Positions 9,873-19,900 of a DNA stretch of 64,000 bases are shown piece after piece. The translations under genes were made by a program, and so were the position numbers. Each line of letters begins with the position of its first letter. The first letter of the stretch is position 1. Origin of the DNA: Gammaproteobacteria bacterium (GTDB lineage: Bacteria; Pseudomonadota; Gammaproteobacteria; Eutrophobiales; Eutrophobiaceae); the NCBI GenBank assembly GCA_965222155.1, contig CBDCTH010000010.1, forward strand, positions 65,021-129,020, given 5' to 3'. Below the pieces are notes generated by a model that was given only the letters and a program-made list of their open reading frames with translations, was not told the DNA's origin and made no database searches.

Positions 9873-10958
9873 ATGGACGAAATAACGAATCTCCAGGACA
9901 GCCGAAGCGCGCAGTGCATGCCTCACGAAGTGTCGTACCCGGAAACGGGCGCGATGTCCATGATCCAGGCCCTGAATTCCGCCATGAGTGTTATGCTGGA
10001 TAAGGATCCTGACGTGGTTATTTTCGGTGAGGACGTGGGTTACTTCGGCGGCGTGTTTCGCTGTACCGAGGGCCTGCAGCAGAAATACGGTGAAGACCGC
10101 GTGTTCGATACGCCAATTGCCGAAGGGGGGATCGTGGCGATGGCCATCGGCATGGGCGTAAACGGCCTGCGCCCCGTCGTGGAGATCCAGTTTGCGGACT
10201 ACATTTATCCGGCCTTTGACCAGATCGCCAGCGAACTGGCCCGACTACGCTACCGTAGCGCCGGGCAGTTCTGGTCGCCGGTCACGATCCGTACTCCCTG
10301 CGGCGGCGGTATCCGCGGCGGGCAAACCCACTCACAGACACCGGAGGCATTGTTCGCCCACGTCTGCGGCCTGAAGACGGTCATGCCATCGAATCCCTAT
10401 GATGCAAAAGGTTTGCTGATCAGCGCCATAGAGGATGACGATCCGGTCATCTTTTTCGAACCGAAACGCCTGTACAACGGTCCGTTTGACGGTGACCCCG
10501 ATAAGCCGGCCGCGAGTTGGTATAACCACGCCAGGGGACAGGTCCCGGAAGGTCACTACAGGGTACCGCTGGGCAAGGCGGAAATAGTCCGGGCAGGAAA
10601 CGACGTTACCATTCTCGCCTATGGCACCATGGTGCATGTGGCGCTGGCGGCATCACAGCAGATGAAAATCAACGCCGAGATCATTGACGTGCGTACCTTG
10701 ATGCCGCTGGATATCGATACCATCTGCGCTTCCGTGTGCCGAACGGGCCGCTGCGTGATCGTGCATGAAGCGACGCGCCACTGCGGTTACGGCGCGGAAC
10801 TGTCGGCACAGGTCCAGGAGTATTGTTTCTGGAATCTTGAAGCGCCAATCGAACGGGTGACGGGCTGGGATACACCTTACCCTCACGCCCAGGAATGGGC
10901 TTACTTTCCGGGCCAGGAGCGGGTAAGCCAGGCGCTGGAACGGACCCTGGGGATGTGA
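9873..10958 (+). CDS. bkdA2: Branched-chain 2-oxoacid dehydrogenase E1 beta
   Basis: GEDVGYFGGVFRCT, EIQFADY, GGQTHSQ, RVTGWDTPYP. Confidence 0.93.
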   Translation: MDEITNLQDSRSAQCMPHEVSYPETGAMSMIQALNSAMSVMLDKDPDVVIFGEDVGYFGGVFRCTEGLQQKYGEDRVFDTPIAEGGIVAMAIGMGVNGLRPVVEIQFADYIYPAFDQIASELARLRYRSAGQFWSPVTIRTPCGGGIRGGQTHSQTPEALFAHVCGLKTVMPSNPYDAKGLLISAIEDDDPVIFFEPKRLYNGPFDGDPDKPAASWYNHARGQVPEGHYRVPLGKAEIVRAGNDVTILAYGTMVHVALAASQQMKINAEIIDVRTLMPLDIDTICASVCRTGRCVIVHEATRHCGYGAELSAQVQEYCFWNLEAPIERVTGWDTPYPHAQEWAYFPGQERVSQALERTLGM

Positions 10959-10960
10959 AC

Positions 10961-12181
10961 ATGGGTTCTTATTCGTTCAAATTGCCGGATTTGGGCGAAG
11001 GTACCGTCGAGTCGGAGATAGTTGCCTGGCACGCCGGGGTTGGCGATTTCATCAACGCGGATCAACCCCTCGTCGATATGATGACGGACAAGGCCACGAT
11101 AGAGATCACGGCGCCGGTCAGCGGCAGGCTTGGTTCAGTGGCCGGCGAGCCCGGCGACATGATACCGGTGGGCGCCGAGTTGGCAGTCATTGAAACGGGT
11201 ACGGAAGAAACCTTACAAACGACAGCTTCGGCAATTAACGAACCGGTTGCTGAGAATGGTACGCTGCTCCCATCTGCCGCAGATCAACAACCCCCTGCCG
11301 GTAACCGTAAACCGTTAACGTCCCCTCCCATCCGCCGTCTGGCCAGGGAAAATGATATCGACCTGAACCAGGTGAAGGGTACTGGGCCGAACGGGCGAAT
11401 TACACATGCTGATATCGACTCTTATTTAAGCCTCGCCGGTAACTCGTCTGCGGATAAATCGATGCCGAAGTCAACCGGTACGCACGAAATAAAACTGCTG
11501 GGACTGCGTCGCAAGATAGCCGAACGGATGACCTTGAGCGCCGGCCGTATTCCGCACTTTACCTACGTAGAAGAAGTCGATGTCACCCAACTGGAGCAAC
11601 TGCGCCGGCACCTGAACGGAACGCGTCAGGAAAACCAGGCAGAACTCACCTACCTGCCTTTTTTCATGCAGGCCCTGGTGAAGGTGGTAAAGGAGTTTCC
11701 GCAGTGTAATGCGCACTTTGATGATGAACGCCAGGTCATCACGCTATATGAACCGGTCCACATCGGTATTGCCGTACAAACAGGAAACGGCCTGATGGTG
11801 CCCGTTATCCGGCACGCCGAAGACCTGGACCTGTGGCAATGCGCCCATGAACTGCGTCAGGTCGCGGATAAAGCGAGGAACGGCAACGCCAACAGGGAAG
11901 AACTAACCGGTTCGACCATTACCATTACCAGTCTGGGCGCGTTGGGCGGCATTGTTTCCACCCCAATCATCAACTATCCCGAAGTAGCCATCATCGGCAT
12001 AAACAGGACACAGAAACGCCAACTGTTTGAAGACAACGGAGTTACTAACTGCCTGATGATGAACATCTCATCCTCTTTCGATCATCGCATCGTCGACGGA
12101 CATGACGCCGCCCGCGCCATCCAGGCGCTGAAACGTTACCTGGAATTCCCGGCAACATTATTTCTGCCTGCGCAGGAATGA
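10961..12181 (+). CDS. bkdB: Dihydrolipoamide branched-chain acyltransferase E2
   Basis: Lipoyl domain (MTDKA), E3-binding domain (GTGPNGRI), catalytic FDHRIVDG. Confidence 0.93.
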   Translation: MGSYSFKLPDLGEGTVESEIVAWHAGVGDFINADQPLVDMMTDKATIEITAPVSGRLGSVAGEPGDMIPVGAELAVIETGTEETLQTTASAINEPVAENGTLLPSAADQQPPAGNRKPLTSPPIRRLARENDIDLNQVKGTGPNGRITHADIDSYLSLAGNSSADKSMPKSTGTHEIKLLGLRRKIAERMTLSAGRIPHFTYVEEVDVTQLEQLRRHLNGTRQENQAELTYLPFFMQALVKVVKEFPQCNAHFDDERQVITLYEPVHIGIAVQTGNGLMVPVIRHAEDLDLWQCAHELRQVADKARNGNANREELTGSTITITSLGALGGIVSTPIINYPEVAIIGINRTQKRQLFEDNGVTNCLMMNISSSFDHRIVDGHDAARAIQALKRYLEFPATLFLPAQE

Positions 12182-12194
12182 CGGCGTTTACTTT

Positions 12195-12321
12195 CGTCGT
12201 CATACCGGGCTTGTCCCGGTATCCAGTCTAATAGCGTGTCGCCCCTGCCTTACGACATGCCGGGGCAGGCCTTGGCGACTCATTATTGCACTGGATTCCG
12301 GCATGCGCCGGAATGACGGCG
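12195..12321. repeat. REP-like inverted-pair element (GTCATxCCGG...CCGGxATCCAG family), probably also a terminator
   Basis: CGTCGTCATACCGGGCTTGTCCCGGTATCCAGT ... CTGGATTCCGGCATGCGCCGGAATGACGGCG directly after the bkdB stop; same family as 47807-48026. Confidence 0.75.
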
Positions 12322-12437
12322 AGCGGGCATTTGCAGGAATGAAGAACGTAGTCTGAAGAAAATTGTCAGCCGTTTACCATTATGGGTTAAACTTGCATCG
12401 GTATGAATCGATACAAACGTCACAACGAGGAATAGCA

Positions 12438-13229
12438 ATGATTGTCGAACAGATCTGGACAGGCAACGACTGGCGTAATTTCAACTATCTCATTGCCTGC
12501 CCCGATACCGGTGAAGCGCTGGCTGTTGACCCCCTGGACCATAACAAGTGTTTGCACTACGCACAGGACCAGGGCTGGGAAATCACCCAGATATTGAATA
12601 CCCATGAACATTTTGATCACATTGGCGGCAATGCCGCGCTGATAGCCGCAACGGACGCGGTATTACTTGCCCATAAAAATGCCAGGGACAGGATAATCGG
12701 CATAGACAGGCCGTTATCCGCCGGCGATATCATTAAAGTCGGGAAGAGCGTCGAACTGGAAGCACTGGATACGCCGGGGCATACCATGAGCCACGTCTGC
12801 CTGCTGTCACGCACTGACCAGCCCGCCCTGTTCTGCGGGGATACCCTGTTCAATGCCGGGGCGGGCAACTGCCATAATGGTGGGCATCCCAACGAGTTGT
12901 ATATGACATTTTCCAACCAACTGGCGACCCTGCCCGACAATACCCTGGTCTATCCCGGTCACGATTACATCATCAACAACCTGCAATTCACTTTGAGCAG
13001 GGAACCCGGTAATGCCGAAGCCCAATCGTTAAAGGACCAGTTGATCGAACAGGACCCGAATGAGGCCCTGGTCACCACCCTCGGGTTGGAAAAGGCCGTC
13101 AACACTTTTTTCCGCTTGAGAAACCCGGAGGTCATAGCGAAGCTGCGCGAGGAATTCCCCGATCTCCCTGCCGAACTTGATGATAAAACTGTCTTCCTGA
13201 AACTGCGGGAATTGAGAAACAACTGGTGA
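12438..13229 (+). CDS. gloB: Hydroxyacylglutathione hydrolase (glyoxalase II, MBL fold)
   Basis: THEHFDHIGG, TPGHT, GDTLF, PGHDY; RBS GAGG before ATG 12438. Confidence 0.85.
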   Translation: MIVEQIWTGNDWRNFNYLIACPDTGEALAVDPLDHNKCLHYAQDQGWEITQILNTHEHFDHIGGNAALIAATDAVLLAHKNARDRIIGIDRPLSAGDIIKVGKSVELEALDTPGHTMSHVCLLSRTDQPALFCGDTLFNAGAGNCHNGGHPNELYMTFSNQLATLPDNTLVYPGHDYIINNLQFTLSREPGNAEAQSLKDQLIEQDPNEALVTTLGLEKAVNTFFRLRNPEVIAKLREEFPDLPAELDDKTVFLKLRELRNNW

Positions 13230-13230
13230 A

Positions 13231-13629
13231 GTGACCTGGTTATTGCTTGCCGCAGACGGGTTGTTGATCGTTCACACCCTGTTTATCGCCTTCGTGGTTT
13301 TCGGGTTGATCTTCATTATCACCGGTCTTGTCGGAAATTGGCGCTGGACCAGGAATCCCTGGTTCCGCTTGATCCACCTTGGCGCAATCGGCATCGTGGT
13401 CATACAGTCCTGGCTGAATGTGATTTGTCCGCTCACCATCTGGGAAAACAACCTGCGGGAGAAAGCGGAACAGGCAACCTATGCCGGTTCGTTTATCCGG
13501 CACTGGTTGCATAAGCTGATATTTTACCAGGCGGAAGCCTGGGTATTTACACTATCCTATAGCGTATTTGCTGCGTTGGTAGTCCTGGCCTGGTATCTGG
13601 CGCCGCCCGACTTTTCAAAAAAGCATTAG
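13231..13629 (+). CDS. DUF2784-like membrane protein
   Basis: LAD..L.VH..FI.FVV.G, HL, CPLT.WE, SFI..W...LIFY pattern. Confidence 0.75.
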   Translation: MTWLLLAADGLLIVHTLFIAFVVFGLIFIITGLVGNWRWTRNPWFRLIHLGAIGIVVIQSWLNVICPLTIWENNLREKAEQATYAGSFIRHWLHKLIFYQAEAWVFTLSYSVFAALVVLAWYLAPPDFSKKH

Positions 13630-13792
13630 GATTTTCAGCCACTAAGCGGGAGATAAGTCGGGTTGAATGTGACGCTGCATCCCGGTATCACAGAACCGCT
13701 GACTTAATCAGCGGTTCTGCTATTGAATTTGTCGTATACTGATTATCCTGTTATTCTTCAATGCCACCTGAACTGAAAAGGAGGAACGCATC

Positions 13793-14455
13793 ATGGAAAA
13801 TAAACTGCACCAAGAACCCGCCACCCCCGAAGAAATCTGGGCTATCCTGCGAGAGCAGAAAAGGAAATCCGACCAGGAGATAGCAGAGATCTGGAAACTG
13901 TTCAAGCAGACCAACCAGCAGATGGAGCAGACCAACCAGCAGATAGAGCAGACCGACCAGCAGATGAAGCAGACTGACCAGCAGATGAAGCAGACCGACC
14001 GGCGCATGGATAAACGGATGAAAAAGCTGGAGGAGTTATTTACGGGCCAGTGGGGCAAGCTGATAGAGAGTCTGGTGGAGGGCGACCTGATGGCCCTGCT
14101 GCGGGCGCGAGGCATCAGCGTGGAGTCCACGCATTCCCGGGTGGGTGGCCGGCGCAATGGCGAACATTACGAGTTCGACATCCTGGCCGGAAACGGTGCG
14201 GAGATTGTGCTGGTGGAGGTGAAGACCACGCTGAAGGCCGATCACGTGAGGCAGTTTCTGGCGAAGCTGGATAGATTCACGGTGTACGAACCGATCTACA
14301 AGGGCAAACAGGTCTACGGTGCGGTGGCGTATTTGAAGGTGGAGCAGGCCGCGGACGCGTACGCACAGCGCCGGGGGCTGTATGTCATCCGGGCCACCGG
14401 CAGCAGCGCCAGCATCATCAACGAGACGGATTTTAAGCCCCGGGTATTCCACTGA
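13793..14455 (+). CDS. DUF3782-like protein: heptad-repeat coiled coil plus PD-(D/E)XK nuclease-like domain
   Basis: 21-nt repeats encoding QT(N/D)QQ(M/I)(E/K); WGKLIE; EFDIL...VLVEVK catalytic-type motif; RBS AAGGAGG. Confidence 0.75.
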   Translation: MENKLHQEPATPEEIWAILREQKRKSDQEIAEIWKLFKQTNQQMEQTNQQIEQTDQQMKQTDQQMKQTDRRMDKRMKKLEELFTGQWGKLIESLVEGDLMALLRARGISVESTHSRVGGRRNGEHYEFDILAGNGAEIVLVEVKTTLKADHVRQFLAKLDRFTVYEPIYKGKQVYGAVAYLKVEQAADAYAQRRGLYVIRATGSSASIINETDFKPRVFH

Positions 14456-14569
14456 TTGGCCCCCGGGGGGCTGGCGCCCTGTAAGCAGAAGGTGACGGAT
14501 TTATTTGCCTCCAGGGTAGCCCCCTGCTTCTGCATCCGACCCCCGTCATTGCCGCGCAATTTATCTGTT

Positions 14570-14740
14570 TCACAATGCTTCGGGAAGAACAGTAAAACCT
14601 TCCCGATATGCCGCATCACGCAGTCGCTGATCAACGGCAACAAGGCCCTGGCCGGTTGTGGTCCCCTGATAGAACTTGATGGCAGCGGCCAGTCGTAAGG
14701 CATCCGCCAATTCAACCGACAGGTTAGCGAAAGTTACCGT
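14570..14740 (-). pseudogene. 3' remnant of a VapC/PIN toxin
   Basis: ADALRLAAA...VAVDQRLRDAAYREGFTVLP resembles a PIN C-terminus; 5' end replaced by the second repeat unit. Confidence 0.65.
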
Positions 14741-14880
14741 CGAAGTCGGGTTGAATGTGGCGCTGCATCCCGGTATCACAGAACCGCTGACTTAATCAGC
14801 GGTTCTGCTATTGAATTTGTCGTATACTGATTATCCTGTTATTCTTCAATGCCATCTGGACTGAAAAGGAGGAACGCGTC

Positions 14881-15581
14881 ATGGAAAATAAACTGCACCA
14901 AGAACCCGCCACCCCCGAAGAAATCTGGGCTATCCTGCGAGAGCAGAAAAGGAAATCCGACCAGGAGATAGCAGAGATATGGAAACTGTTCAAGCAGACC
15001 GACCAGCAGATGAAGCAGACCGACCAGCAGATGAAGCAGACTGACCAGCAGATGAAGCAGACCGACCGACGCATAAACAAACGGATGAAAAAGCTGGAGG
15101 AGTTATTTACGGGTCAGTGGGGCAAGCTGATGGAGAGTCTGGTGGAGGGCGACCTGGTGGCCTTGCTGCGGGCGCGAGGCATCAGCGTGGAGTCCACGCA
15201 TTCCCGGGTGGGTGGCCGGCGCAATGGCGAGCATTACGAGTTCGACATCCTGGCCGGAAACGGTGCGGAGATTGTGCTGGTGGAGGTGAAGACCACGCTG
15301 AAGGCCGATCACGTGAGGCTGGCGAAGCTGGATAGATTCACGGTGTGAAGACCACGCTGAAGGCCGATCACGTGAGGCAGTTTCTGGCGAAGCTGGATAG
15401 ATTCACGGTGTACGAACCGGTCTACAAGGGCAAACAGGTCTACGGTGCGGTGGCGTATTTGAAGGTGGAGCAGGCCGCGGACGCGTACGCACAGCGCCAG
15501 GGGCTGTATGTCATCCGGGCCACCGGCAGCAGCGCCAGCATCATCAACGAGACGGATTTTAAGCCCCGGGTATTCCAATAA
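14881..15581 (+). pseudogene. Second DUF3782-like nuclease copy, frameshifted by an internal ~60-bp tandem duplication
   Basis: ORFs 14881-15348 and 15345-15581; the KTTLKADHVR...DRFTV coding segment occurs twice; one heptad fewer than copy 1. Confidence 0.85.
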
Positions 15582-15690
15582 GCCTGGTGATATATTCGGT
15601 CAACGTGCAGCCAGCAGCAGAGGCTCGCTCTGCCATTTGCTTGATGCTGCTGTCTACACGCATTTCAATACGTTGTGTTGCTGTAGCCAT
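15582..15690 (-). pseudogene. 5' remnant of an RHH antitoxin (DUF1778/TacA-like)
   Basis: MATATQRIEMRVDSSIKQMAERASAAGCTLTEYITRLI; cut by the end of nuclease copy 2. Confidence 0.65.
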
Positions 15691-15692
15691 AA

Positions 15693-16950
15693 TCAGAATA
15701 CCCCTGCACCCCCCAGCCCGTAGCGCAGCCTCAGCATGAGGCCATGGTCCGGGGACTCGAAGACACCCTCCCGGCGCGCACTCTCCAGACTCAGCGTCAG
15801 TGCGCGGCCCAGCTCGAACACCCCGCCCAACCGGTAATGCCGCCCGCCCCCGTCCACTACCAGGCCCCCATAAGGCGTGAGCAGACCGCCCCCGGCCGCC
15901 AGCCCATAACCCAACTCGGTCTCCCACACGCACCCCGCGGGACGGTGAGCCAAGCCCACTGCCCCCAACGTCCGAGCCCCGCTCCCAGAGCCGCTCAACA
16001 GCGCCGGCCCCGGCCTGCCCGCCAGCCAGGCCGTCCACCACGCCCCAACCCGGGCGCACACTGAACGACAGCCCGCGCCCGTCCGTCCCCGGCGTCAGCA
16101 CCACCAGTCCCCCGACGCCCCATTCCTCGATGTCCCCCGCGTGCGCCAGCAGCGCCCGGCCATAGCCTTCTACCCGCAGCCCCCGGGCCGGGTCGGCCCA
16201 GACCAGCCCGTCGCCCCACTCCAGCCCGCCGCCGGTCACGCCATCGCCGCCGTCATGGCGCAGCCCCAACGCCACCGAAGGCGTCACGGTCCCGCCCCCG
16301 GCCAGGCGCTGCGCATGCGAGCCCTCCAGCGCCAGGCGCAGCCGCCACACGTCCGTCGCCAGCCCCTCAATCAACCCCGCCGCCGCCACCTCATAGCGCG
16401 AGCCCCACCACGCACCCTTGAGATTCAACACCGTCGCCCCGCCGGCAACCAGACTGTTGCCTGCAAACAGCCGCACCCGACCGCCCAGCGCCGCCGTGGC
16501 CTGCTCACTGTCCGCGGCCTGCCGGCCCGCCTCAGCGTCCCGGAGCCGCACCTCGCCCACGCCATAGCCCAGGGCGCCCCACAGGCCTAACTCGGCCCGG
16601 GGGTGCCAGCCCACGTAGGGGTAGACACTCAGCAGCCGGCTTTCATGGGCGCCCTCTATGGGCCGGTAGCCGGCCGCACCCCGGTCGGTGTAGTCAAACT
16701 CGCCCTTGGCCCAGGACAGCGCCAGACCCGCCAGCAGGTCGTCCCGGAGCCGGGCGTCCAGCCCCAGGCGGGCGCTCAACACGGCGCCGTCCCAGTGCAC
16801 CGGGTCAGCCCCTGCCTGGCCGTCAGACCGGTCGTCATCCCCCCCGGACAGGCGCCGGTAATCGCCCCCGCCCCACAGGGTGATAGTGTTCAGCCCCCCG
16901 GCGGGGTGGGCCTCGTCCAGGCGCAGGGCAAAGGACGAGCGCCCCAGCAC
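15693..16950 (-). pseudogene. Autotransporter beta-barrel portion of the Fn3 surface gene, out of frame with the passenger and frameshifted again near 16000
   Basis: GRSSF...LWGGGDYRRLSGG, YPYVGW, GLRHDGGDG.TG.G, EWGVGG, then in another frame ELGYGL...LTPYGG...YRLGG. Confidence 0.8.
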
Positions 16951-19900
16951 CTCTGCTCAGCGCCGGTGATACTGAGGCCGCCGCCGTCGGTCACAGTGAG
17001 CGTGAAACCATAGCTTGACTGTGTCTCGTAATCCAGCCCTGCACCCTGCTTCAGGTAGAGCGCGGCGCCGGTAATCTCGAAGATGTCCGTATCGCTGAGG
17101 CTGAAGACGTGGCTGTCGTCGGCATCGGGGTCGACCGCGGACAGCTCGGCCAGCTGCACCGGCCCGGCACTCGTGTCCACGTCCTCGGCGATGGCGCCGT
17201 CCGTGGCCGGGGGTACCCAGGTGACAATCACTTCGGTCGGCGCCTCGTTGGCATCGGTCACGGCAAGGGTCTGCTCAGCGCCGGTGACACTGAGACCGCC
17301 GCTGTCGGTCGCAGTGAGCGTGAAGCCATGGCCCGGCTGCGTCTCGTAATCCAGCCCTACCCCCTGCTTCAGGTAGAGCGCGGCGCCGGCAATCTCGAAG
17401 ACAGTCGTATCACTGAGGCTGAAGACGTGGCTGTCGTCGGCATCGGGGTCGACCGCGGACAGCTCGGCCAGCTGCACCGGCCCGGCGCGTGTGTCCACGT
17501 CCTCAGCGATGGCACCGTCCGTGGCCGGGGGCACCCAAGTGACAATCACCCCGGTGGGCGCAGCGTTGACGGGCGCAGGCGTCGGCGGCCTGACGGTGGG
17601 CCTGACCGGCACCGGTGCCCTGACCGTGACGGTACTGGGCTCGCTGCTGCGGCCACTCTCGCTGTTGACGGCAACCAGGGTATATTTAGTGCCCACACCG
17701 GTCTCGACCGCCAGTTCGTTGCCGGCGGGCAGCCCATCGCCCGGGTCTATCAGGACGTTGCCCTGGTCATCGACCAGAGACAGCACGTCCGTGTTGGCGC
17801 TCACCGTCCAGCTCAGGGTTGACCTGCCGTCCTTGAGTGGCGTGGCCTCGAAGCGGGTGATTTCGGGGAGGCTGATGACGGGTCCAGGGGGGGTGGGCTT
17901 GACCGGCGCCGGTGCCCTGGGCGTGGCGCTGGCGCTGGCTGACCAGGCGCTCGGCCCCTGCGCGTTCAGCGCCCGCACCTGCACCGCGTAGGGCTGGCCG
18001 TTGGTCAGGCCGGTGAGGGTCGTGGTGGTGGTACTTGCATCGGTGGCGCCGTGTGCGGCCCACGAACTGCCCGCATCCGCGCGGTACTGGATGTTGTAGC
18101 CCGTGATGGGCGAGCCGCCGTCGCTGCCGGGCGCGTGCCATGACACCTCAAGCTGCCGGTCGCCGGGCCTCAGGGTCGGGATCGCGGGGGCGGCGGGCGC
18201 CGCCGGTGCTGCCGAGGGGGTGACCGATGACGAGGCGTCCGACCAGTCGCCGGCCCCCGCACCGTTGGTGGCCCGTACCCGGAACACATAGGCGGTCCCC
18301 GGTGTCAGGCCCGTCACGTCGTGACTCGTCCCGCTCACCCCCGACACCGGACTCCAGTTGGCGCCGTTGTTCGCGCGCTGCTCCAGCGTGTAGCCGGTGA
18401 TGGCGCTGCCCGGGTTGGTCGGCACCGTCCAGTTCACCCGCAGCGAGGTGGCGCCCAGCACGGTGACCGTCGGGGCCGCCGGTTTGCCCGGCTTCGCATC
18501 CGGCGTCGCCGCGGCGGCGGTCGACCAGTCACTCGGGCCCACGGCGTTTTTGGCCCGCACCTGCACCTGGTAGCGCTGGCCGTTGGTGAGGTTGGGGAGG
18601 GTCGTGCTCAGGCCGGGGCCGTCATAGTGGGCGTCCGTCCACGGGCCGCTGTTGCCGGCGCGGTACTGCACGTCGTAGTCCGAGATGGCCGCGCCGCCGT
18701 TGCTCGTCGGTACGGCCCACGACACCACTATCTCGCCGTTGCCGGGGGCGAGCGTCGGGGCAACCGGCGCGGCGGGCACCGTAGCAGTGGTGGCCGGCGT
18801 GGCGCCGGCACTGGGTGACCAGCCGCCCCAGCCTATGCTGTTCTTCGCCCGCACCTGCACGTCGTAGGGCTGGCCGTTGGTCAGGCTGGAGATGGTCGTG
18901 CTGGTGCCGGTGCCGGCATAGTGGGCGTCCGTCCAGACGCTGTCAGTGCTCCGCTTGTACTGCACATCGTAGTCCGAGATGGTGGCGCCGTTGGTGGCCG
19001 GTGCCACCCACGCTACCGTGAGCTGCCCGTTGCCGGGGATGAGTGTCGGCGCAACGGGCGCCGCGGGCGCCGCCGCGGGGGTGGCCGATGACGAGGTGTC
19101 CGACCAGTCCCCGGTCCCCGCCGCATTGGTTGCCAGCACCTGGAACACATACGCGACCCCTGGCGTCAGACCCGTCACCGTCCTGCTTTTCCCGGTCCCC
19201 GCAGCATCCGGCAACGCCATCCAGATTAACCCGTTGTCCGCACTGCGCCGCAGCGTATAGCCGGTGATGGCACTGCCTGGGTTGGCCGGCGCCGTCCAGC
19301 GCACCCGCAGCGAGGTGGCGCCCTGCACGGTGACCGTCGGGGCAGCCGGTTTGCCCGGCTTCGCATCCGGCGTCGCCGCCGCGGCGGTCGACCAGTCACT
19401 CCAGCCCACGGCGTTTTTGGCCCGCACCTGCACGTCGTAGCGCTGGCCGTTGGTCAGGCTGGAGATGATCGTGTTCTTGGGGGCGCCGCTGTAGCCCGCG
19501 TCCGTCCAGTCAACGGCGCCGCTCGGCTTGTACTGCACGTTGTAGCCCGTGATGGCCGAGCCGCCGTTGTTCGCTGGTGCGCTCCACACCAGCGCCAACT
19601 GCCCGTCGCCGGGTGTCAGGGCGGGTGCGTCGAGCGCCGCGGGAACGGTCGCGGGCATGACGCTGGTGCTGTGCGACCAAGCGCCCGCGCCCCGCACGTT
19701 CACCGCCCGCACCTGCACCTCGTAGCTGCGGCCGTTGGTCAGGCCGGTGAGGGTCGTGTTCCTGGGGGCGCCGTTGTAGCTGGCGTCCGTCCAGTTGCTG
19801 TCGCTGCTCAGCTTGTACTGCACGTTGTAGCCCGTGATGGCCGATCCGCCATCGCTGCCGGGCGCGTCCCATGACACATCGAGCTGCCGGTCGCCGGGCG

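Larger units (their letters stand above)
13655..15577 (+). repeat. Direct duplication of an ~0.8 kb unit (13655-14451 and 14743-15577): leader, hairpin, promoter and nuclease gene
   Basis: Near-identical from AAGTCGGGTTGAATGTG to ...CGGGTATTCCA; perfect 12-bp-stem hairpin at 13691-13719 and 14779-14807. Confidence 0.95.

Noticed and set aside
13691-13719. Leader hairpin as an integron attC site
   Set aside because: Short perfect stem without the R/L box layout or extrahelical bases; no integrase.
13907-14000. CAGACCGACCAGCAGATGAAG repeats as a non-coding array
   Set aside because: They are in-frame heptad codons of the nuclease coiled coil.
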